From: an uncultured bacterium
GTDB lineage: Bacteria > Nitrospirota > Thermodesulfovibrionia > Thermodesulfovibrionales > Dissulfurispiraceae
DNA: 62,573 bases
NCBI GenBank assembly: GCA_937960465.1
Contig: CALGPO010000063.1
Span: 1 to 62,573, forward strand
Direction: 5' to 3'
The notes beneath the pieces are model-generated. The model did no database searches, was not told the DNA's origin, and worked only from the letters and a program-made list of their open reading frames with translations. The position numbers and the translations under genes were made by a program. Within the stretch, counting starts at the first letter, position 1; the number at the start of each line of letters is the position of its first letter. Shown here piece after piece: positions 38,680-46,958 of this stretch.

Positions 38680-39165
38680 ATGTCAGAGGAAAAACTCGAA
38701 GAATCCCTGAAAGGATATAAAGAAAAGATCACTCCAGTTGTAAAAGCCACATTGTCGTGGGATAGAGAACTTATATTTGTAGGCAGAACAAATGAGGGAT
38801 ATGAGATAGAGTTCGATGCCCATGTGCAGTGGGGATGTAAACCCACAGATGCATTACTCCTTAGCCTTGCAGGGTGCATGGGAATAGATGTAGTGACATT
38901 CCTTCAAAAGATGAAGGTGGAAATCGCAAATTTTAAGATGGACATTATTGGAGAAAGAAATCTAACCCCTCCACAATATTTCAAGGCAGTTGAGATGATA
39001 TTATATATAGCAGGAAAGAATCTTGACCACAAAAAGATTGAGCGTGCAATATCGCTTTCACACAAAAAGTACTGTTCTGTCTATAACTCCCTGAGGAAGG
39101 ATATGGATGTAAAAGTGAAATACATCCTCGAAGAAAAAGAGCCGGCAAAAGAGATAAGCGATTGA
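38680..39165 (+). CDS. OsmC/YhfA family protein
   Basis: PTDALLLSLAGC...KKYCSV. Confidence 0.88.
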   Translation: MSEEKLEESLKGYKEKITPVVKATLSWDRELIFVGRTNEGYEIEFDAHVQWGCKPTDALLLSLAGCMGIDVVTFLQKMKVEIANFKMDIIGERNLTPPQYFKAVEMILYIAGKNLDHKKIERAISLSHKKYCSVYNSLRKDMDVKVKYILEEKEPAKEISD

Positions 39166-39896
39166 TGCTCTCTGGAATTATTGCATCAACAAAATTAGAA
39201 GCTGATTTAATCATAAGACAGCTTTCTGAAAAAGAAGAGATCTCTATACAAGGAAAGTCCTTCTATAAAGGTCAATTAAACCAAAATGCAGAGTTCGTAG
39301 TCTGCATATGCGGCGTGGGCAAGGCTAATGCCGCTCACGGGACAGCACTCCTAATAGAGAGATTCAAGCCACACTCAGTATATGCCATTGGTGTTGGAGG
39401 AGCATATCCTTCATCGGGATTGCATATCGGAGATATAGTAATTGCGGAAAAAGAGATTTACGGAGATGAAGGTCTAATCGCAGAGTCAGGAGTCAGAGAA
39501 AAAGACGAAACAAACTTCTATACAATGGATAAAATTAATATCCCACTCTGCATAACAGATGAGGTTAAATACTACAACGAATTCCCGATGTATTTGCCTA
39601 GAAAACTAAGTGGCTTCAAAAAGAAGGGCAATTTTGTTACAGTCTCAACATGCACAGGCACCATAGAAAAGGGGAAAGAGATAGAAAAAAGATTCAATGC
39701 AATTTGCGAAAATATGGAGGGCGCTGCAATCGCCCATATATGTGCATTTTCAGGAATTCCAGCAACCGAGATAAGGGGAATAAGCAATATTATTGAAGAC
39801 AGGACAGCAGCACCTCTCAATAAAGCTGGTATCATTAAAGCAGCGGAGAATGCGCAGAAATTTTTGTTAGAACATATAAAACAAGCCCGTGCATGA
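39162..39896 (+). CDS. mqnB: Futalosine hydrolase
   Basis: GVGKANAA, GGAY, TVSTCTG, ENMEGAA, EIRGISN. Confidence 0.85.
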   Translation: MMLSGIIASTKLEADLIIRQLSEKEEISIQGKSFYKGQLNQNAEFVVCICGVGKANAAHGTALLIERFKPHSVYAIGVGGAYPSSGLHIGDIVIAEKEIYGDEGLIAESGVREKDETNFYTMDKINIPLCITDEVKYYNEFPMYLPRKLSGFKKKGNFVTVSTCTGTIEKGKEIEKRFNAICENMEGAAIAHICAFSGIPATEIRGISNIIEDRTAAPLNKAGIIKAAENAQKFLLEHIKQARA

Positions 39897-39919
39897 TATT
39901 AGAGCAGCTTGAACAGCCC

Positions 39920-40507
39920 TTAATAAACCTTATTTTGATTTATAAAAGCCATCACATCATCCCTTGTTACAACCGCTTCCACAAGCCTATAGTCACCCTT
40001 GATACCCTTTAATTGCTCCATTATGTTTTCATATCCGCCTTCCTGCCTGTCAACAAGGGCTATCACCTTCACTATCTGAAGTCCTGCCTCCTTTGCCCTC
40101 GTTATAGCCTCAATAGTTGATTTGCCTGTTGTAATAACGTCGTCAACAATAACAACCCTATCCCCTGCCTTTACATCCCCTTCGATCCACTGCATTGTCC
40201 CGTGAGACTTTGCACTCTTTCTGACGACAAAGGCCTCGATTGGTTTTTCTTTGAGATAAGATGTATACGCCACTGCGTCTGCTATGGGGTCTGCACCGAG
40301 GGTAAGGCCTCCGATGCCTTTAACCTCAAGGCCCTTTATCATATCAAAAATAATATTGCCTATGAGATACATGCCCTCGGGATTAAGCGTTACCATCTTG
40401 CAGTTGAAATAATAATTGCTCATTCTCCCTGAAGTTAGCTTAAATATCGGTTCTTCGCTGTATTTAAAAGCCCTCTCGTAAATTAACCGTATAAGTCTGT
40501 CCCTCAT
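39920..40507 (-). CDS. pyrE: Orotate phosphoribosyltransferase
   Basis: FKLTSG, VRK..K.HG, VDDVITTG. Confidence 0.95.
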   Translation of the reverse strand: MRDRLIRLIYERAFKYSEEPIFKLTSGRMSNYYFNCKMVTLNPEGMYLIGNIIFDMIKGLEVKGIGGLTLGADPIADAVAYTSYLKEKPIEAFVVRKSAKSHGTMQWIEGDVKAGDRVVIVDDVITTGKSTIEAITRAKEAGLQIVKVIALVDRQEGGYENIMEQLKGIKGDYRLVEAVVTRDDVMAFINQNKVY

Positions 40508-40596
40508 AAGACCTCCTGTCGAATCCAGGCACTATTATAACATCTTCGCATATATGTTGATTTACAGAAAGAGTTTCATCTCCCATTTAGTTGCAA

Positions 40597-40693
40597 CCCA
40601 AATTGAGCAATTCTAATCTTCTATAAATATATGTCAGGCCTGCCTGCGTGCAACGCACAGGCAGGCCTGCCTTACAAAATCGCTCAACTTAGA
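40597..40693. mobile_element. Family B element with the 27-bp palindrome (40639-40665)
   Basis: CCCAAATTGAGC...ATCGCTCAACTTAGA; abuts a D copy across TTA. Confidence 0.75.
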
Positions 40694-40696
40694 TTA

Positions 40697-40941
40697 TCCT
40701 GAATTACGCAATATATGGCAGCAAGTGTGCATCAAAGCCTTTACAAAGTCGTTGTTTTTATGCATATTAGAAGACTATTAACGCCTTTACCTAAAATAGA
40801 TAGCAATGTAGCCTGTCTGCGTGCAACGCACAGGCAAGTAGGTGACGGATTCAAGAGAATGCCTTATTGTAATGTTCTAAAGTGTAAAGTCTTTTCAGCA
40901 CACCTGCTGCCATATGCTATCAATACTTGCGTAATTCAAGT
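40697..40941 (+). mobile_element. Family D element, 218+27 bp (palindrome at 40812-40838)
   Basis: Near-identical to 35938-36155 plus the insert; flanks TTA/TAA. Confidence 0.9.
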
Positions 40942-41039
40942 TAATATATTGTTAGGCATTGACACGCCCTTTGGACATTGCTTCAAGGAGCGTTTTCCCA
41001 TTAACAGATAACTTTTTAAAGACAATAAAGGGGTATAGC

Positions 41040-41936
41040 ATGGCAAAGATAATGGAAGGAAAGAGGCTTGCAGAGGAGATAAAAAGCAATGTAAAGCAGA
41101 AAGTCGAGATGCTCGGCGGCATGGGTATTGAAGTAGGACTCGCATTAATGCTCGTCGGGGATAACCTATCATCAAAGCAATATCTTTCTGCCACCTTAAA
41201 GGCATGCAAAAGCACAGACATAACACCTTACGAATATAGGTTTCCAGAATCGGTCAGTATGAACGAATTATTAAACACTGTACATGCTATAAATAACGAT
41301 GAACGCATTCACGGGCTGCTTGTGTTCTTCCCCCTTCCGAGAAGAATAAACAGCAGGAAAATCGTAAACTCAATACTTCCTGAAAAGGATGTTGACGGCC
41401 TCGGCTCAATTCCAATAGGAAAGTTTGCTGCTGAGGAATCAACGCTCCAGCTTTACTCAAAACAGTACGATCCTGCAGTAACACAACATCTGGGTTTCTT
41501 GCCGTGCACTCCATTTGGTGTAATAAGGCTGCTTGAATATTATAATGTGGAAATAAAAGGCAAACATGCTGTTGTAATAGGAAAGAGCCTCGCTGTGGGG
41601 AAACCCCTGTCCCTCATGCTTTTGACAAAAGAGGCAACTGTCACCGTCTGCCACAGGGAGACAAAGAATCTTGCAGATATAACAAGGCAGGCAGATATTT
41701 TATGCGCTGCGGCAGGAAGGCCAAATCTCATCACTGGTGACATGGTAAAAGACGGTGTCGTTGTTGTTGATATAGGAATAAATGTCCTCGAAAACAGCCA
41801 TGTGGTTGGTGATATAGATTTCGACAGCGTATCGAAAAAGGCGTCCCTGATTACGCCTGTGCCAGGCGGTGTAGGACCTGTAACTATCGCAATGCTTCTT
41901 GAAAATACCGTAAAATCGGCAAAGGCAAGGATTTAA
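41040..41936 (+). CDS. folD: Methylenetetrahydrofolate dehydrogenase/cyclohydrolase
   Basis: KDVDG, PCTP, VGKP, TPVPGGVGP. Confidence 0.93.
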   Translation: MAKIMEGKRLAEEIKSNVKQKVEMLGGMGIEVGLALMLVGDNLSSKQYLSATLKACKSTDITPYEYRFPESVSMNELLNTVHAINNDERIHGLLVFFPLPRRINSRKIVNSILPEKDVDGLGSIPIGKFAAEESTLQLYSKQYDPAVTQHLGFLPCTPFGVIRLLEYYNVEIKGKHAVVIGKSLAVGKPLSLMLLTKEATVTVCHRETKNLADITRQADILCAAAGRPNLITGDMVKDGVVVVDIGINVLENSHVVGDIDFDSVSKKASLITPVPGGVGPVTIAMLLENTVKSAKARI

Positions 41937-42159
41937 ACAAATTATCAATAATTCTTTTTTTCTCTTCTCGCTCTTATATGCTCCGGCTCTTGCCAAGGGT
42001 CCTCCTCTCAATGAAATTCGTCTTTATGCCTGCCTAAGCTTTGTTATACTTTATCGCTATGTCATACTCGATACTTGCATGGTCAGGAGAATGAGTATCG
42101 GTCTTTCCACAACAAACAAGAGCCCCATTTCTCACAATCAACCTGCCATTAAACAGAAA

Positions 42160-42549
42160 TTAAGACAGCGTCTGGATATTATTAATTGCGTCTCTGACGA
42201 TTTCTCTCACATTTGCATCAGCATCATTTTCAGCACTCAAAAGGAAAGGAAGTACATCCTGATGTTTTATAATGTCAAGAAGATTTGCCCCGTCGCCCCG
42301 GACAGTCGGATTTTCATCCTTCAGGAGTTCCGCAATATCTGGAATCATCCTTATGAGCGGCTCCGGCTTAAGCTTTATTAACTCCTCCACAAGCGCAGTA
42401 GCCCCAAGCCTCACACGCACTCTTTCGTCCTTTATCATATCGATTATCATTGGGAAAAGGCCTTCATCATGCTTGAACATATCGATGATGTTCTCAAGAA
42501 ATCCTTTTTCCATGTAATTTAGAACCATTGCCTTTAATTCATTATCCAT
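42160..42549 (-). CDS. HEAT-repeat protein
   Basis: DERVRVRLGA, DENPTVRGDGA, DANVRE; start MDNELK overlaps the trxB stop. Confidence 0.78.
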   Translation of the reverse strand: MDNELKAMVLNYMEKGFLENIIDMFKHDEGLFPMIIDMIKDERVRVRLGATALVEELIKLKPEPLIRMIPDIAELLKDENPTVRGDGANLLDIIKHQDVLPFLLSAENDADANVREIVRDAINNIQTLS

Positions 42550-43483
42550 GCCAGTCGTACCTTCTCCTCTTCCTGTTAAAGATATGCTTCTCTGCCGAAA
42601 GTGCAGCAATACACCCATGCGCTGCTGCAACCACAACCTGCCTCACCTCCGTACATGTCACATCCCCTGCACTGAACACACCTGGAATATTTGTCTCCAT
42701 CATCCTGTTTGTGGACACGCATTCATCCTCCGAGACCTCTACCGCACCCTGAAGAAAATCGATTACTGGCCTGCTTCCATGAAGATAGACAAATACTCCT
42801 GAAAGCTCAATAACTCTTTCACTTCCTTCTGCATCTTTGAGTCTTATCCTCTCGACGATTTCATCTCCTTCTATCGATATTACTGTGCTGCCTAAAATAA
42901 CTTTTAAATTCGGAATCTTTAATGCAGGATAGTCATCATCCACCTTCAATTTCTTAGATGGCGATATAAGATAAACCGTCTCTGCGAACTTCGATAAATA
43001 CGCTGCCTCCTTTGCTGTCTCTTCGGAGTCGCCTAAGACACATACGCTCTTACCTTTAAAAAATGCAGCATCGCAGACAGCACAGTAACTTACGCCCCTG
43101 CCAAGAAAATCAGCCTCGCCTTTAATAGTAGGCTTTCTTCCCATGGAACCTGTGGCAATAATAATGGTCTTCCCTTCATACGTTTTATCCATTGTAACGA
43201 CCTGTTTTGTCTCCCCTTCAAGCGAAACGCCTATGACCTGCGCCTCAACATACTCTGCACCGAAATCAATGGCCTGCTTGCGGAATATATCGAGCAATTC
43301 CTTGCCGGTCATCGCCTGACATATGCCTGGATAATTCTCAATAAGGCTTGCAAACGCCAGCGCACCGGCTGACTGAGATTTGTCAAGCACTATTGTTTTC
43401 AGCTTTGCTCTTGCGGCATACTGAGCCGCGCTTAATCCAGCAGGGCCGCCGCCGATTATAACCACATCGTATAACTCCGACAT
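42542..43483 (-). CDS. trxB: Thioredoxin reductase
   Basis: GGGPAGL, GVSYCAVCD, AGDV. Confidence 0.92.
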   Translation of the reverse strand: MSELYDVVIIGGGPAGLSAAQYAARAKLKTIVLDKSQSAGALAFASLIENYPGICQAMTGKELLDIFRKQAIDFGAEYVEAQVIGVSLEGETKQVVTMDKTYEGKTIIIATGSMGRKPTIKGEADFLGRGVSYCAVCDAAFFKGKSVCVLGDSEETAKEAAYLSKFAETVYLISPSKKLKVDDDYPALKIPNLKVILGSTVISIEGDEIVERIRLKDAEGSERVIELSGVFVYLHGSRPVIDFLQGAVEVSEDECVSTNRMMETNIPGVFSAGDVTCTEVRQVVVAAAHGCIAALSAEKHIFNRKRRRYDWHG

Positions 43484-43491
43484 AAGACCTC

Positions 43492-44547
43492 CTAAAATTC
43501 CTTTATTAGATTATAATGCGTATCCCTCTGAGCAGCCTTGAATCCTGCGCTCTTTATTGCCTGTATTATGTCCTCCTTCGATACCCTGTAACTCACGCCT
43601 GCTGCCCTGACAACATTCTCCTCAATCATTGTTGAGCCGAAATCATTGGCTCCAAATCTCAATGCAGCCTGTGCAAGCCTCAGTCCCTGCGTAACCCATG
43701 ATGCCTGAATGTTTCTGACATTGTCGAGATAAATACGCGAAACCGCAAGCACCTTTAGATAATCAACGGCAGTGGCACCATAAAACCGTGAACCGTGAAC
43801 CGTGAACCGTGAACCGATTTCCGTATTCTTGGGCTGAAAAGACCACGGGATAAATGCGGTAAATCCTCTTGTTTTGTCCTGAAGAGTCCTTATCGCATCG
43901 AGGTGTTCGATTATATCCTCAGGCTCTTCAATGCTGCCAAACATCATCGTGGCTGTTGTCCTCATCCCTATTTTATGGGCTTCCTCCATAACACTCATCC
44001 ATTGAGAAGACTTTATCTTCTTAGGGCTCAAGACTTCTCTCACCCTGTCGGATAATATCTCTGCGCCGCCTCCTGGAATTGAGTCAAGACCCGCGCTTCT
44101 CAAAATAGCAAGCGTTTCCTTTATTGTGAGATGATGTCTGTCCGCGAGATAATAAATCTCCGGCGGCGAAAAACCGTGTATGTTTATAGAATACCTGTCC
44201 TTAATGGATTTCAGGAGATTAGTATAGTAATCCAACCCAAGCTCAGGATGTATCCCCCCCTGAAGAAGTATCTGCGTGCCTCCGAGGGCGATGGTCTCGT
44301 CTATCTTTTTAAATATCTCATCCTTATCTAAAAGATATGCATCAGGGCTTTCCGCATCACGGTAAAAAGCACAGAACCTGCATTTATTGATGCAGATGTT
44401 TGTGTAATTGATATTTCTATCAACAATGAATGTAACAATACCTTCTGAGTGGAGATTTTTCCTGATAGTGTCAGCAGTCTCTCCGAGATCAAGGAGATCG
44501 GAGTTTTTTAGGAGTTTTAATGCTGTATGTTTATCTATTCTGTTCAT
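43492..44547 (-). CDS. mqnC: Cyclic dehypoxanthinyl futalosine synthase (radical SAM)
   Basis: DRNINYTNIC..C.FCAF, QASWVTQG, GSTMIEENVV. Confidence 0.9.
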   Translation of the reverse strand: MNRIDKHTALKLLKNSDLLDLGETADTIRKNLHSEGIVTFIVDRNINYTNICINKCRFCAFYRDAESPDAYLLDKDEIFKKIDETIALGGTQILLQGGIHPELGLDYYTNLLKSIKDRYSINIHGFSPPEIYYLADRHHLTIKETLAILRSAGLDSIPGGGAEILSDRVREVLSPKKIKSSQWMSVMEEAHKIGMRTTATMMFGSIEEPEDIIEHLDAIRTLQDKTRGFTAFIPWSFQPKNTEIGSRFTVHGSRFYGATAVDYLKVLAVSRIYLDNVRNIQASWVTQGLRLAQAALRFGANDFGSTMIEENVVRAAGVSYRVSKEDIIQAIKSAGFKAAQRDTHYNLIKEF

Positions 44548-44778
44548 AGGTTAAAATAATGTCTTTGACACCTTCGGCTTCGTCAGTTTTCCGAATTCCA
44601 TAATCTCTTGCACCGATGCCCCTTTATCCCGCAGGCTGTAAAAAGTCTTTTCTCCAAGCAAAACATAGCTCCTTATTGATAAAATTCCCGCTCTCCCACT
44701 CATTGTTTACGAGGGCGGAAAGCTCCCTGGCAAATTTTAAGGGAATGCCGCCTGTGCCTGTGTTTAATGAAATGGACA

Positions 44779-45200
44779 TTAGACAGTCTCTATCTCAAAA
44801 AAACTGTTAAAGCCTTTTTGAGTAAGCCCCTGCTTGAGTCTTTTGTCGCCTGTCCATAGTAAACCATTGAGCTCAAGCGCAAGGACGACAAAAAGCATAT
44901 CATTATTGTCAACTCCCGCACATAATTTGGAAGCGTTACTGAGACTTTTATCCGAAATGGTATCTTCGTTGTAGAAGTTAACTTTTTTCAAGAGGGTATA
45001 CAATATTTCTAAAATATCCGCATCATCAAGGCCGGCGTACTTATAAATCTTTTCTTTATGCTTAAAGAGTTCCATGATCGCAAACCTACAGGAATAAAAA
45101 GGCAAATCATCTTCAGTGAGAAGGGTTTTTCTTATCCTCATGCCTTTGCTTATAAGGGCAGAAAAAAAATATTGGTATCAACTATTACCGGTTTCTTCAT
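44779..45200 (-). pseudogene. PIN-domain toxin frameshifted in a T8 run
   Basis: MKKPVIVDTNIFF then a stop; one extra T joins it to the ORF with DNNDMLFV..LWTGDK. Confidence 0.78.
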
Positions 45201-45417
45201 CCCGAACCCTCTCTAAGAATCTCTCTTTGTTTTTTTCCCACCAGTCACGTTTGATTTCTTCAGAAAGCTCCCATGCCTGTTCTTCGGTCATTTTGCTTTT
45301 TTGAGCAATTTCCTCAATTCTCAGCCATTCAATGAAATTTTGCACGGCATCATCAGATATTAAATTTTTAGAAAAAGATAATACCACATTGTCATTTTCA
45401 AACTTAACAGTCGGCAT
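45178..45417 (-). CDS. Probable antitoxin
   Basis: 79 aa, GGAGG RBS, overlaps the PIN start. Confidence 0.65.
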   Translation of the reverse strand: MPTVKFENDNVVLSFSKNLISDDAVQNFIEWLRIEEIAQKSKMTEEQAWELSEEIKRDWWEKNKERFLERVRDEETGNS

Positions 45418-45532
45418 TGCATTGGCCTCCTTTGTCTTTTAGTTGATTATAACAAACTTTTCCATCACCCTACCTCCTCCACCACCACGCTTTCAAACCC
45501 GAATACATCGTCAAGGAGGGGATTAAGTGAAG

Positions 45533-45574
45533 GGAAGGCTCAAAATCCACGAGATATATATCACCGCGTGTCAT
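45533..45574 (-). pseudogene. MazF/PemK N-terminal stub
   Basis: MTRGDIYLVDFEPS then unrelated sequence. Confidence 0.65.
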
Positions 45575-45806
45575 CTTCGAGTCCGTCTTTCAAAGTGTCT
45601 TCCCATTCCTTATATGTTTCATAATCCTCTTTTGCCGCCTCGCGGTAGGTGGCATCTATCTTTTTGCGCATCTTTTCCTTTTCCTCTATCTGCCGCCTCT
45701 CTCTTATCGCCTCGGCTATGTAAGCGGATTTATTTTTTACTCCGGAAAGTATTCTTACCACATCTTCGGGCAGGGTTATGTTTAATCGTGCTGTATTCAT
45801 ATACAC
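45561..45806 (-). CDS. RHH antitoxin of the truncated MazF
   Basis: RLNITLPED...NKSAYIAEAI...EWEDTLKDGL. Confidence 0.78.
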   Translation of the reverse strand: MYMNTARLNITLPEDVVRILSGVKNKSAYIAEAIRERRQIEEKEKMRKKIDATYREAAKEDYETYKEWEDTLKDGLEDDTR

Positions 45807-45829
45807 TTCCTATGCGCATTATAATACAT

Positions 45830-46915
45830 TTAACGGCAAAAAACGAGTGGATTATAAAACGCATCCCTCTGCACAGGGATCTTATCTGCCTTTTTTATAA
45901 GGTATTCCAGTTCTTCTTTTGTCATTGCTTCTTCTGACATTGCCCCTGCCGAGTGTGTTATCTTTTCTTCGATTATTGTGCCGTCAATATCATCTGCACC
46001 GAATAAAAGCGCAACCTGAGAGACCTTTTCGCCAAGCATTATCCAGTAAGCCTTGATATGATCAAAGTTGTCAAGTACAAGCCTGCTTACTGCAATGGTC
46101 TTTAAGTCGTCTATTCCCGAAGAATAAAATCCGCCTATTTCTGTATTTTTCGGATGGTATGATAGCGGAATAAATGCCTGAAAACCTCCTGTCCTGTCCT
46201 GCAAATCCCTGAGTTTGAAAAGATGATCAACCCTGTCTTCTATGCCTTCGAGATGTCCGTAGAGCATTGTTGCATTAGTCTTTATTCCAGCCATGTGTGC
46301 AGTCTCCATTACCTCAAGCCATCTGTCACCGGAGATCTTTTCGGGACAGAGCTTGTTTCTTATAGCCTCTGCAAATATCTCCGCACCGCCTCCCGGCATA
46401 AGGTCAAGTCCGCTTTTTTTAAGCCTTGCCAGAGTATCTTTAAGATTCAATCCACTGATTTTTGACATGTAATCGATTTCCACTGCTGTGAATGCCTTGA
46501 CGGCAATGTGTGGAAATTCCTTCTTTATGGCTGAAAGCATATTGAGATAATATTCAAAAGGCCAGTCTGGATGAAGGCCTCCGACAATGTGAACCTCTGA
46601 AAAACCATGATCCATGACATGTGGCCCGTGGCCGCCTTTTAGTTTTTCAATAATTTCTTCAATTGTCAATTCATAAGCGCCTTCTTCGCCCTTTGAGCGG
46701 CTGAAGGCGCAGAACTTGCACCTGTTTACGCAGATATTTGTAGGATTTATATGCCTGTTGACAATAAAATATGCATTTTTACCGTTCTTCTTTTCTGCCG
46801 CATAGGATGCAAGCCTGCCAATGTCGAAAATATCATTGCTTTGAAATAATGCAATGGCATCTTCCTTTGTCAGCCTCTGTCCTGAAAGGACTTTTTCTCT
46901 TATGGAATCGAGCAT
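45830..46915 (-). CDS. mqnE: Aminofutalosine synthase (radical SAM)
   Basis: NRHINPTNIC..C.FCAF, VGGLHP, HIKAYWIMLG. Confidence 0.9.
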   Translation of the reverse strand: MLDSIREKVLSGQRLTKEDAIALFQSNDIFDIGRLASYAAEKKNGKNAYFIVNRHINPTNICVNRCKFCAFSRSKGEEGAYELTIEEIIEKLKGGHGPHVMDHGFSEVHIVGGLHPDWPFEYYLNMLSAIKKEFPHIAVKAFTAVEIDYMSKISGLNLKDTLARLKKSGLDLMPGGGAEIFAEAIRNKLCPEKISGDRWLEVMETAHMAGIKTNATMLYGHLEGIEDRVDHLFKLRDLQDRTGGFQAFIPLSYHPKNTEIGGFYSSGIDDLKTIAVSRLVLDNFDHIKAYWIMLGEKVSQVALLFGADDIDGTIIEEKITHSAGAMSEEAMTKEELEYLIKKADKIPVQRDAFYNPLVFCR

Positions 46916-46958
46916 TCATCATTATAAAACAAAGGCGCTAAAATGTTAAAATATTTAG

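Noticed and set aside
35775-41011. ORFs 35775-36137 and 40715-41011 (MAAxVHQSLYK...) as a protein family
   Set aside because: They are translations of family D element sequence; the first runs into the severed endonuclease tail
41940-42000. Stub MARAGAYKSEKRKKELL after a GGAGG RBS on the minus strand
   Set aside because: Possibly a truncated small basic protein, but too short to assign and it runs antisense into folD
44550-44780. Broken reading frames between the PIN gene and mqnC
   Set aside because: Looks like gene debris in two frames, but I cannot identify the family
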